DNA of 64,000 bases from Spirochaetia bacterium (GCA_965208575.1 CBDBOV010000005.1:448001-512000); one strand, 5' to 3'. Shown: positions 45,342-54,795, counted from the first letter of the stretch. Notes: generated by a model from the sequence alone, not told the origin. A program made the numbers and translations.

Positions 45342-45419
45342 CTCAACATGTTCGGCGACGCGGTGCGCGACCTGCTGGATCCCCGCCTGCGCGGCCGCCA
45401 CGGCGCCGGCCGGGAGTAG
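45342..45419 (+). pseudogene. Isolated dppC 3' end
   Basis: LNMFGDAVRDLLDPRLRGRHGAGRE*. Confidence 0.85.
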
Positions 45420-45494
45420 CGGAATCAACACCCGATTGATCGCTCTACATCTGCACGTGCTATGGTAACGTGGCTGGTGGCAGCCACGTAGATA

Positions 45495-45809
45495 ATGAAG
45501 ACGGGTGTTGACAAGGCAAGAGAATACGCAGCGCTGGTTCGTGCAAGGCTCGGCGATCATGTCAAACAAATCGTGTTGTTCGGTTCGCACGCGCGCGGCG
45601 ATGGCACGGAGTATTCGGACTACGACTTTCTGGTCGTAGTTGACACGCGCACGCGAACTGTTCGCGACGCCATTCTGGACGTCGGAGTTCAGATGCTGAA
45701 CGACTACGACCAACTGTTTGCGGCGCTGGTGTACAGCGAGGAAGAGTGGCGCGAGCTTAGCCGATTTCCCCTCGGCTGGAACATTCGGCACGAAGGCACA
45801 CGGGTATGA
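45495..45809 (+). CDS. Minimal nucleotidyltransferase (MNT)
   Basis: LFGSHARGD...SDYDFLVV. Confidence 0.9.
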   Translation: MKTGVDKAREYAALVRARLGDHVKQIVLFGSHARGDGTEYSDYDFLVVVDTRTRTVRDAILDVGVQMLNDYDQLFAALVYSEEEWRELSRFPLGWNIRHEGTRV

Positions 45810-46237
45810 GCGCATTCGAGCCAACCGGACAGGTGCTCGACGCCATGCTCGCCAAAGCGGATGAACGGTTGTCAACGGCACGGCGTGACTTCGCAGCCGC
45901 GGCGTTCGGCGATGCGGCATCGCGCGCGTACTATGCGGTGTTTCACGCGATAAGCGCGCTGCTTGCGACCCGAGGCCTCACGTACTCATCTCACTCGCAG
46001 ACTATCGGCGGGTTCAATCGCGAGTTCGTGAAAACAGGCGTGTTTCCCCCTGACACATCACGCAAGCTGCAACGTCTGTTCCAGGACCGCCAGACGGCCG
46101 ACTATGACTGGTACCATCACATCGAAGAAGCTGACGCTGGTGTGGCTGTCAGCGACGCTGAGAGCATCGTGTCCCGGTGCAGGCAACAGGTCGCCAACTG
46201 GCAGCGGGAGCACCGGCGCGAGGATAGCCGTACGTGA
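45806..46237 (+). CDS. HEPN-domain protein
   Basis: SRAYYAVFHA, SHS, RQTADY. Confidence 0.9.
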   Translation: MSAFEPTGQVLDAMLAKADERLSTARRDFAAAAFGDAASRAYYAVFHAISALLATRGLTYSSHSQTIGGFNREFVKTGVFPPDTSRKLQRLFQDRQTADYDWYHHIEEADAGVAVSDAESIVSRCRQQVANWQREHRREDSRT

Positions 46238-46325
46238 TGAACACACCGGCACCGGCCATGGCTTGCTCCGTGTCGCCGGTCTCGGCATGGTCGAATCATA
46301 TGCAATGCGGCGAGGAGCCGGAGCA

Positions 46326-46368
46326 GAATCGACCGCGGGCCGTAACGGCGGCACCGGTCCGGATGGGC
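46326..46368 (+). repeat. Unit-boundary palindromic motif (copy 3)
   Basis: GAATCGACCGCGGGCCGTAACGGCGGCACCGGTCCGGATGGGC. Confidence 0.85.
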
Positions 46369-46370
46369 TT

Positions 46371-46668
46371 GGTCGGGAGCTCACTGCCGATGATGTCGTC
46401 TATAGCTATCAGCGCAATACCGCTCAGGGTGACTTCACCGAACGTCCTACAGTAACCAGAACAGCTTTCGATCTGCCGTGGGAATCGATAGCGGCCAGCG
46501 ACAAATACACGGTTGTCATGAGGCTGACGGAGCCGTCGATCGGTGCGCTCGAGGCTATCATCAACGAAGGTTTGCACTGGATATTGCCTCGTGAGGTAAT
46601 CGAGCAATACGGAGACTATACGGACTGGAAGAACGTGGTCGGCACCGGGCCCGTTATGCTGACCGACT
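46371..46668 (+). pseudogene. Internal SBP fragment, close paralog of 39259-39556
   Basis: GRELTADDVVY...VGTGPVMLTD. Confidence 0.88.
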
Positions 46669-47229
46669 GGCCGGCCGTATCGCGGCAATGGGCGGCGGGC
46701 AAGTCGACCGCGCGGCCATGGAGCGCAGGCTCGGCCTGGACCTGCCGATCTACGTGCAGTACGGGCGCTGGATCGGCGACATCCTCCTGCGCGGTACCCT
46801 CGGCGAGTCGCTGCTGGGCGGTTGGCGGATCGAGGAGCGCATGCTGGGACGACTGCCGGTCACTGCCGAGCTCGGGCTGCTGGCCATCCTCATCGGCCTG
46901 GTCATCGCGCTGCCGGTGGGCATCTACCCGGCGGTGCGCCAGTACACCGCCGCCGACTACGTGGGCGGTCGTTCGCCATCATGGGACTGGCCACACCCAA
47001 CTTCTGGCTGGGAACGATGGTGATGATCTACCCGGCCATCTGGTGGGCGTGGTCGCCACCGATGGAACTGATTCCGTTGGCCCAGGGCCCGCTCGGCAAT
47101 CTCGGCATGTTCCTGATCCCCAGCCTGATCCTCGGCACCTACCTGGCGGCCAGCACCATGCGCATGACGCGCACCATGATGCTGGAGGTGCTGCGCCAGG
47201 ACTACATCAGGACCGCCTGGGCCAAGGGG
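46669..47229 (+). pseudogene. dppB internal fragment with a frameshift near 46965
   Basis: Matches 40895-41457 with a 1-nt deletion. Confidence 0.85.
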
Positions 47230-47230
47230 C

Positions 47231-48080
47231 CCGGCTGGTGCGCGAGCAGCCTCTGGGCACCGCCGGCGGCATCGTCATCCTGCTCCTGGTGCTGGTCAGC
47301 ATCTTCGCCGATTCGCTGGCGCCCTACCGCTTCGAGGAGATCCACCTGCGCGACCGCCTGCAGGCCCCCTCCGCCGCGTACCTGCTGGGCACCGACCACG
47401 TCGGGCGCGACCTGCTGAGCCGCCTCATCCACGGGGCGCGGCTGTCGCTGACGGTGGGGCTGGCCGCCACCGCGCTCACCGTCGTGGTGGCGGTGCTGGT
47501 CGGCGGCACCACCGGCTTCATCGGCGGCCGGCTGGACCTGGTGACGCAGCGCTTCGTCGATGCCTGGATGGCGTTCCCGGGGCTGCTGTTGCTGCTCACC
47601 ATCATGTCGATTGCCGGTCGCGGCATGCTGCGGATCATCATCGTGCTGGGCGTGTCGGGCGGCATCCCGGCCTCGCGGGTGGTGCGCGGCGCGGTGCTGG
47701 GGGTGAAGGAGAACGCCTACTTCCAGGCGGCGCAGGCGATCGGCAGCTCGCGCCGGCGCTCGCTGCTGCGCCACGTGCTGCCCAACATCGCCGCGCCGAT
47801 CATCATCATCTTCAGCATCAACGTGGGCGGGGTGATCATGTCGGAGGCGGCGCTGAGCTTCCTGGGCTTCGGCCTGCCGCCGGACATCCCGAGCTGGGGC
47901 GGCATGCTGAGCCGGGAGGGGCGCCAGTACATGGAGATCGCGCCGCATCTGGCGCTGTGGCCGGGGGTGTGTCTGACCGTGGTGGTGTACAGTCTCAACA
48001 TGTTCGGCGACGCGGTGCGCGACCTGCTGGACCCCCGCCTGCGCGGCCGCCTCGGCCGCTACGGCGCCGGCAGGAAGTAG
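47231..48080 (+). pseudogene. 5'-truncated dppC
   Basis: RLVREQPLG...GRYGAGRK*; lacks the native start. Confidence 0.85.
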
Positions 48081-48211
48081 GATCAAGAACGCTTACAGCC
48101 ACCGGGCTACCCCGGAGCACCCGTCAACCCCGACTTCCGGCCCCGGCTCGGGTGCATTCCTCAGTACGGTAGCGGCGTGCAGACTGTGTTCGGGGCTGCG
48201 GCGCGGAGCCG

Positions 48212-48493
48212 TCAGTCCAGCGAGCGAGGCTTCTGGCGCAGGTTCATCACCGCTGTAACGATAATCGCGTCGCCGTGAACGTAGTAGAGAATCCCGTAAG
48301 GAAATCGGTCGACGAGGGCGCGACGAGTGCGTTCTGCGATCAACGCCCAGGCGCGAGGGAATTGAAGAATCCGCTCCAGCGTCCGCTCGACCTCAAGAGC
48401 AAACTCGTGTCCGAGATCGGAACGTTGCTCGTTGTAGTACGATATGGCTTCGACCCATTCGGTTCTCGCCTGAGGGAGGAACTCAACCGTCAC
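48212..48493 (-). CDS. RelE/ParE toxin
   Basis: EFLPQARTEWVEAISYY, RFPYGILY, AVMNLRQKP. Confidence 0.88.
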   Translation of the reverse strand: MTVEFLPQARTEWVEAISYYNEQRSDLGHEFALEVERTLERILQFPRAWALIAERTRRALVDRFPYGILYYVHGDAIIVTAVMNLRQKPRSLD

Positions 48494-48713
48494 GGCCGTG
48501 AAGGTGTCGCTTGACCTGATCGTAGGGGATGGTCTTGGCGTCACCTGCGAGATAGGCATCGATCCGTCGTTCGGACTCCCGTGCCCAGGCCGACTCGACC
48601 TCGCGTTCCCGTTCAGACCGTAGACTCCGATAGAGCTGATCGATGACCTCTGCTCGTTCGAGGGGCGAGAGGGCAAGCGCGTTGGCGACTACGGTTTGAG
48701 ACCTCTCAGTCAT
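48483..48713 (-). CDS. Addiction-module antitoxin
   Basis: ALALSPLERAEVIDQL...AWARESERR...TIPYDQV. Confidence 0.85.
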   Translation of the reverse strand: MTERSQTVVANALALSPLERAEVIDQLYRSLRSEREREVESAWARESERRIDAYLAGDAKTIPYDQVKRHLHGRDG

Positions 48714-48734
48714 CGGAGCAATTATACCTGGACA

Positions 48735-49067
48735 GCGCACAACGGGACAGTACCGCCGAGGTCTACCGCCCGGGCACGCTCGAGGAACTCGTCTTCCAGC
48801 CCCTACCCTGCCAACACGAATCACCCGAGTCCGCCGGATGAACTCCGGATCCTCGACCCGCAAGACGAAACCCGCGGCCTGCATGGCGGATGCGAACCGC
48901 TGCGGATCGTCGGGTTCCAGCTTGACGGTGACGTCGACGTTGGCGCTCAGACGGGGCACGCCGTACGCGGTGACTGCCTGCGCGCCGAACCCGTACCAGC
49001 GCCCTCGGCCTGCAAGCACCTTTGCCAGTGCGGTCAGAAGTTCAACTGCGGCCGGTGGAAGCGGCAC
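48735..49067 (-). pseudogene. Internally deleted nucleotidyltransferase
   Basis: WYGFGAQAV.AYGVPR...VDVTV, then out-of-frame GLEDEFLERA. Confidence 0.65.
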
Positions 49068-49296
49068 GGGTGAACAGCTCGGCCAAGCGTACGTGGGCGA
49101 GCAGGTCCTGCTTCCGGGAGGCGGCATCGGGCCACTCCGGATTGTGCAGCAGTGCTTGTTTGCGCAACTCGTCGGCGATGCGCAGCCCTTCCAGCGGTCC
49201 GTAGCGGGCGATGCGCTCGGCCCAATACGCGTCGTTGGCAGCACGTGCCGTTCGCCACTCGCGAGCCATGTAGTCGCGAATGCCACGGCTGATCAT
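49042..49296 (-). CDS. Small hypothetical protein, probable partner of the NTase
   Basis: Overlaps the NTase start; IRDYMAREW...WPD. Confidence 0.6.
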   Translation of the reverse strand: MISRGIRDYMAREWRTARAANDAYWAERIARYGPLEGLRIADELRKQALLHNPEWPDAASRKQDLLAHVRLAELFTRAASTGRS

Positions 49297-49471
49297 GGTG
49301 GCAGTGTAGCATGGTGCGTCGAACAGCGCTTCGTCGACGCCTCGATCGGCAGTGGAGGATGAGGTTCACCAGTCTTCCAACCTCCCCACAGCCAACTGGG
49401 CGCGGACGCCCAGTTGACGCTATCCGGCAGGAGCCGCGGCGGGGAGGGGTCGAGAGTGACGAGCCAGCGGG

Positions 49472-49788
49472 GCGGGCGGCATCCCGACGTCCCGGGTGGT
49501 GCGCGGCGCGGTGCCGGGGGTGAAGGAGAACGTCTACTTTCAGGCCGCGCAGGCGATCGGCAGCTCGCGCCGGCGCTCGCTGCTGCGCCGCGTGCTGCCC
49601 AACATCGCGGCGCCGATTATCATCATCTTCAGCATCAACGTGGGCGGGGTGATCATGGCGGAGGCGGCGCTGAGCTTCCTGGGTTTCGGTCTGCCGCCGG
49701 ACATCCCGAGCTGGGGCGGGATGCTGAGCCGGGAGGGGCGTCAGTACATGGAGATCGCGCCGCACCTGGCGCTGTGGCCGGGGGCGTG
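49472..49788 (+). pseudogene. dppC fragment (tiny dppC pieces also at about 49324-49352)
   Basis: VVRGAVPGVKENVYF...HLALWPG. Confidence 0.85.
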
Positions 49789-49789
49789 C

Positions 49790-50171
49790 GGCGTTGCTGA
49801 TGGCGGCGCAGTACATGGGCGAGTTGGCAAGGAGCGGACGGACGGCCCCGTTCGGAGCCATCGTGAGGTATGTCATCACGACGCAGGACAAGCAGACCGT
49901 GAGGGAGTTCGGCGAGGCGTTGCGACGGCACGTGCCAGGACCGGGAGGAGACATGAAGACGTACGCAGAAGAGTTGCTCCAGGAAGGACTCCGGAAGGGT
50001 CGCCAGGAAGGCCGCCAGGAAGGTCGCCAAGAAGGTCAGCTTGGCACGATCGAGAACTTCCTGCGGGCCGGAATCGAGTGGTCGATCATCGAGGAAGCTA
50101 CCGGTATCGACCAGGAAGCCTTCCAGGCACTTCGCCAGCGGCTCGGAGAGTCGGATCGGACGTCCGAGTAA
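49790..50171 (+). pseudogene. C-terminal remnant of an Rpn (transposase_31 / PD-(D/E)XK) protein; internal ORF 49953-50171 intact
   Basis: GGDMKTYAEELLQEG...GRQEGRQEGRQEG...IEEATGI; GGAGGAG RBS before ATG 49953. Confidence 0.78.
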
Positions 50172-50242
50172 CCTCCCTTCTCGACGAGCCGTACCACTGG
50201 CGACTCCCCCGTATTACGCTCCGATCATATGCAAGGCGGCGA

Positions 50243-50285
50243 GAATCGACCGCGGGCCGTAACGGCGGTACCGGTCGGGATGGGC
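50243..50285 (+). repeat. Unit-boundary palindromic motif (copy 4)
   Basis: Same sequence as 43858-43900. Confidence 0.85.
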
Positions 50286-50326
50286 GGGCTCGGCTGCTCG
50301 GCTCCAGCCGATGGATCCAGCGCGAC

Positions 50327-50355
50327 TTGACAGCTCGTTGCGCGTGGCTTATGGT
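50327..50355 (+). promoter_or_regulatory. Sigma70 promoter of the SBP operon
   Basis: TTGACA-N17-TATGGT. Confidence 0.72.
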
Positions 50356-50361
50356 GGCCCT

Positions 50362-50782
50362 CTGTCGGAGAACAGCCTTATGTGGACGATGCAATACCAT
50401 AAGCACGTGAGGACGCCACCGGTTGCCGCGACCGGTGTGTCCTACCTCCCCCAAGCATTTACACGAAATTCACTAACCCCTCGCACTGACCGGGCCGGGC
50501 GCCCCGCGCGCCGCTTCGTCTGCACCGCTCTTCTTACCGCTCTTACCACCTGCACACTGCACCGTCGGCGTTGCCGGTTACTCACTTTCGTTGCGCCGCA
50601 GAACACCGCCCCACGCGGTGCTCCGGGCTCAGGTCCGCGCACGCGTTCAAGGAGGTGCCGGATGTCGAAGTAGCTCGGGGCTGGCGCCGTCGCTTTCCGG
50701 GCACCGGAGATTGCCGGTGCGCCTCGAGAGTGGGCGACGGATGCACAGCGAGACCAGCACTCTCGAATTGCAGGAGGCAAAG
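50362..50782 (+). other. Second copy of the conserved long leader (possible uORF 50380-50673)
   Basis: Homologous to 38385-38799. Confidence 0.6.
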
Positions 50783-52582
50783 ATGCAACACGCAATCTTG
50801 CGAAAGATCCTGGCGGTACTGATCGGTCTCGGTCTGGCCGCGACCGGCCTCTGGGCCGCTGCCAGCGAAGAGGCACCGGCAGCCGCCGCCGGGAAGGAGA
50901 TGGTGACCGACCCCACTACCGGAAACCAGGTGGTGGCGCCGGGCTATGGCGGAACACTGACCCTGCCCTACAAGCTTCCAGACATTGCTCCCACTGACCC
51001 CTTTTATGACGGTGGACGCCCGACATGGTGGATCAGTGGCGTTAATGAGAAACTCGCCTACGCGAACTGGGCAATAGATAGGGACGAATTTGATTTCAGT
51101 TCCTATTACTACCCTTTTAGCGTCATGACAGGGAACCTGGTGGAAAGCTGGGCAACACCCGACCCACTAACTATCGTCTTCCACATCCGCAAGGGCGTTC
51201 ACTGGCACAATAAGGCACCGATGAACGGTCGGGAGCTGACTGCCGGTGATGTCGAGTATAACTTTCGGCGCATTAAGGGTTGGGGCAAGGAGGGAGTTCC
51301 ATTACAGCAGTTCGACATATTCCGCATGCCAGTCGAATCGATAACGGCCACCGACGAATCGACGGTTGTCGTCAAGATGGAGCAGCCATCCCTCGATGCA
51401 GTGCCCTCTTTTACAACCGGAACCATGGCTTTTATATTGCCCCCCGAGGTAATCGAACAACACGGCGACTACAAGGATTGGCGGAACATGGTCGGCACCG
51501 GGCCCTTTATGCTGACTGACTTGGTCGAAGGCGTCTCCAGGACCTATATCAAGAATCCTGACTACTGGGGCCACGACCCAAAGTACCCGGAGAACCGGTT
51601 GCCCTATGTTGACGAAGTAAGGCATCTGTATATGGGAGACGAAGCGACACTGCTCGCCGCCCTACGCTCGGCCAGCATTGACATGGTACATACTTCCGGG
51701 GGCATGTCCGTGGGATCCATCGATACGGTACGGAGCCTCCAGCGGACTAATCCAGAACTCCAGGTGGGCCCTTTTTGGATTTACAATAATAGCTCTGCTT
51801 CCATGAACACGCGCAACCCGCCCTTTGACGACATCAGGGTACGCCAGGCCATGCAGATGGCAGTGGACCGGGAGACGATCAACGAGACTTACTATAGCGG
51901 TCTTGGGAAGCCAACACCAACGGGAGTCATCGGAGATAACCTTAAGGGATTTTACGTCCCGTTTGAAGAGTGGCCCGAAGAGGTCAAGAAAACCTATAGG
52001 TATGACCCGGAAGGGGCGGAAGCATTGCTTGATGCGGCTGGATATCCGCGCGGTGCGGACGGCGTTCGATTCAAGACCACGTATGTTTTCCGTGGCGTTT
52101 TTGATATAGGCATTATAGAAGTACTTGCCGGCTACTGGGATGAAATTGGCGTTAGTGTAGCGATTACTCCATATGACAGTCCGACTTGGCAAGCCCTTGT
52201 ATCAGACCACTCGTATGAAATGGCCACCGGGGCCGTGAACGCGAGTCTTACCCCGGCCGCAGTCATGGGCTGGTATAGCTGGGCTGCGAAGGCGTTAACG
52301 CTGGAAACGGCCGGCGGAGGTGCGCCGGAGTTGGACGCTGCCCATGATAGCTTTTTCGCCGCTACCAGCATTGAGGAGCAGCAGAAGTTCGCCAAAGAGT
52401 ACGACATGTTTATAATACGGAATCAGTTCAATGTAATGGGTCCTAAAGCTCCCATGTTTCAGTTCGCCCATCCGTGGGTGAAAGGTTGGAACGGTGAAGC
52501 CAACATGGCCAACTGGAACGATTATACGATCTTCGCCCGCTTTTGGATCGACCAGGATCTGAAGAAAGAAATGGGGTTTTAG
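50783..52582 (+). CDS. Family-5 ABC solute-binding protein
   Basis: AGGAGG RBS, signal peptide, PGYGGTL, VGTGPF, WIDQDLKKEMGF. Confidence 0.93.
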   Translation: MQHAILRKILAVLIGLGLAATGLWAAASEEAPAAAAGKEMVTDPTTGNQVVAPGYGGTLTLPYKLPDIAPTDPFYDGGRPTWWISGVNEKLAYANWAIDRDEFDFSSYYYPFSVMTGNLVESWATPDPLTIVFHIRKGVHWHNKAPMNGRELTAGDVEYNFRRIKGWGKEGVPLQQFDIFRMPVESITATDESTVVVKMEQPSLDAVPSFTTGTMAFILPPEVIEQHGDYKDWRNMVGTGPFMLTDLVEGVSRTYIKNPDYWGHDPKYPENRLPYVDEVRHLYMGDEATLLAALRSASIDMVHTSGGMSVGSIDTVRSLQRTNPELQVGPFWIYNNSSASMNTRNPPFDDIRVRQAMQMAVDRETINETYYSGLGKPTPTGVIGDNLKGFYVPFEEWPEEVKKTYRYDPEGAEALLDAAGYPRGADGVRFKTTYVFRGVFDIGIIEVLAGYWDEIGVSVAITPYDSPTWQALVSDHSYEMATGAVNASLTPAAVMGWYSWAAKALTLETAGGGAPELDAAHDSFFAATSIEEQQKFAKEYDMFIIRNQFNVMGPKAPMFQFAHPWVKGWNGEANMANWNDYTIFARFWIDQDLKKEMGF

Positions 52583-52802
52583 TAATCGCATCGTAGTACA
52601 ACTGATTTCCGGTCCCCGCCCGTGTCGAGCCCATACTGCGTAGGCGGTGAGCGGGGCGAACGCTGATGCAGCCAGGCGGGTAGCAACTGGTAAACGGTGG
52701 GATGGCGGCACCAGTCTGCCATCCCACTTTCAATATAAGAAACCGCCGATACATACAGGGAGGCTAGAGATTCACTGTTAAACCAATGCTGAGGTGTATG
52801 AC

Positions 52803-53804
52803 ATGAGAGCCTATATCATCAGGAGGGTATTGCTGATCATCCCCACCCTGTTCATATTGACCGTCCTGGTCTTTCTGTCGGTCCGCTTCATCCCGGGTGA
52901 TGTCATAGACATAATGGCCAGCAGGTTGGACCATGCGATGGCCGCGTTTGACCGTGAAGCTGTTGAGCGTGCGCTGGGATTAGACCAACCTGTGTACGTG
53001 CAGTATGGACGCTGGATAGGAGTCTTGCCGACCCCTGACTGGGTTACCGGTGAGTCCCACTTCAAAGGTCTCCTCCAGGGCAACCTTGGCCACTCACTGG
53101 TTGGCGGCGGTTACGCGATAGGGGAGAGGATCGTAGATAGATTGCCGGTTACCTTCGAGCTCGGGTTGCTGGCCATCCTCATCGGCCTGGTCATCGCGCT
53201 GCCGGTCGGCATCTACTCGGCGGTGCGGCAGTACACCGCTGCCGACTACGTGGGACGATCGGTCGCCATCATGGGGCTGGCGACGCCCAACTTCTGGCTG
53301 GGAACGATGGTGATGATCTACCCGGCCATCTGGTGGGCGTGGGCGCCGCCGATGGAGTTTGTTTCATTCTCCGAAGACCCACTGGGCAACCTCGGCATGT
53401 TCCTGATTCCCAGCCTGATCCTCGGCACCTACCTGGCGGCCAGCACCATGCGCATGACCCGCACCATGATGCTGGAGGTGCTGCGCCAGGACTACATCAG
53501 GACCGCCTGGGCCAAGGGGCTGCTGGAGCGGTCGGTAATCCTGCGCCACGCGGTCAAGAACGCCATCATCCCGGTGGTGACGCTGGTGGGCATGCAGATC
53601 CCGATTCTGGTGGGCGGCTCGGTGATCATCGAGAACATCTTCAACCTGCCGGGGCTGGGACGGCTGATGCTGGATACGCTCACAGACAGAGACTACCCGG
53701 TGGTCTCGGGGCTGAACCTGTTCTTCGCCACGGTCGTCGTCTTGGTCAATCTCCTGACCGATCTGCTGTACGCGGCGCTGGACCCGCGGATTCGCTACGA
53801 ATGA
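52803..53804 (+). CDS. DppB-like permease (mosaic)
   Basis: MRAYIIRR...LDPRIRYE. Confidence 0.93.
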   Translation: MRAYIIRRVLLIIPTLFILTVLVFLSVRFIPGDVIDIMASRLDHAMAAFDREAVERALGLDQPVYVQYGRWIGVLPTPDWVTGESHFKGLLQGNLGHSLVGGGYAIGERIVDRLPVTFELGLLAILIGLVIALPVGIYSAVRQYTAADYVGRSVAIMGLATPNFWLGTMVMIYPAIWWAWAPPMEFVSFSEDPLGNLGMFLIPSLILGTYLAASTMRMTRTMMLEVLRQDYIRTAWAKGLLERSVILRHAVKNAIIPVVTLVGMQIPILVGGSVIIENIFNLPGLGRLMLDTLTDRDYPVVSGLNLFFATVVVLVNLLTDLLYAALDPRIRYE

Positions 53805-53812
53805 GCCGGGCC

Positions 53813-53862
53813 GATGGATGACGGTGGGTGACGATGGGTGACGATGGGTGACGATGGGTGAC
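53813..53862 (+). repeat. Five tandem copies of a 10-bp unit (consensus GATGGGTGAC) over the dppC start
   Basis: gatggatgac ggtgggtgac gatgggtgac gatgggtgac gatgggtgac. Confidence 0.9.
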
Positions 53863-54795
53863 GTATCCCGGCTGACGCCGGCCGGCGCCGAGCCGGTCGC
53901 GGGGGCGGCTGCGACGGGGCGGGCGGGGCTGAGGAAGTTCTTCGGGCGGCTGGTGCGCGAGCAGCCGCTGGGCACCGCCGGCGGCATCGTCATCCTGCTC
54001 CTGGTGCTGGTCAGCATCTTCGCCGATTCGCTGGCGCCCTATCGCTACCAGGAGATCCACCTGCGCGACCGCTTGCAGGGCCCGTCGGCGCAGTACCTGC
54101 TGGGCACCGACCACGCGGGGCGGGACTTCCTGAGCCGCCTCATCCACGGGGCGCGGATGTCGTTGACGGTGGGACTGGCCGCCACCGCGCTCAACGTCGT
54201 GGTGGCGGTGCTGGTCGGCGGTACCACCGGCTTCATCGGCGGCCGGCTGGACCTGGTGACGCAGCGCTTCGTCGACGCCTGGATGGCGTTCCCGGGACTG
54301 CTGTTGCTGCTCACCATCATGTCGATTGCCGGCCGCGGCATGCTGCAGATCATCATCGTGCTGGGGGTATCGGGCGGCATCCCGGCCTCGCGCGTGGTGC
54401 GCGGCGCGGTGCTGGGGGTGAAGGAGAACGTTTACTTCCAGGCGGCGCAGGCGATCGGCAGCTCGCGCCGGCGCTCGCTGCTGCGCCACGTGCTGCCCAA
54501 CATCGCGGCGCCGATCATCATCATCTTCAGCATCAACGTGGGCGGGGTGATCATGTCGGAGGCGGCGCTGAGCTTTCTGGGGTTCGGCCTGCCGGCGGAC
54601 GTGCCGAGCTGGGGCGGCATGCTCAGCCGCGAGGGGCGGAAGTACATGGAGATCGCGCCGCACCTGGCGCTGTGGCCGGGGGTATGCCTGACCGTGGTGG
54701 TGTACAGCCTCAACATGTTCGGCGACGCGGTGCGCGACCTGCTCGACCCCCGCCTGCGCGGCCGCCTCGGCCGCTACGGCGCCGCCCGGAAGTAG
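53854..54795 (+). CDS. DppC-like permease
   Basis: Nearly identical to 41882-42817. Confidence 0.93.
   Translation: MGDVSRLTPAGAEPVAGAAATGRAGLRKFFGRLVREQPLGTAGGIVILLLVLVSIFADSLAPYRYQEIHLRDRLQGPSAQYLLGTDHAGRDFLSRLIHGARMSLTVGLAATALNVVVAVLVGGTTGFIGGRLDLVTQRFVDAWMAFPGLLLLLTIMSIAGRGMLQIIIVLGVSGGIPASRVVRGAVLGVKENVYFQAAQAIGSSRRRSLLRHVLPNIAAPIIIIFSINVGGVIMSEAALSFLGFGLPADVPSWGGMLSREGRKYMEIAPHLALWPGVCLTVVVYSLNMFGDAVRDLLDPRLRGRLGRYGAARK

Noticed and set aside
39259-46668. DGR template/variable repeat pair (SBP core versus fragment)
   Set aside because: Differences are not adenine-specific (C/G and T/C changes occur) and no reverse transcriptase is present
46104-48080. 658-aa SBP-permease fusion ORF
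   Set aside because: A patchwork of deletion remnants partly read out of frame, with no credible start
38311-50285. CRISPR array or classical integron attC array
   Set aside because: Repeats are kilobases apart, there is no cas or intI gene, and RYYYAAC...GTTRRRY ends are not evident
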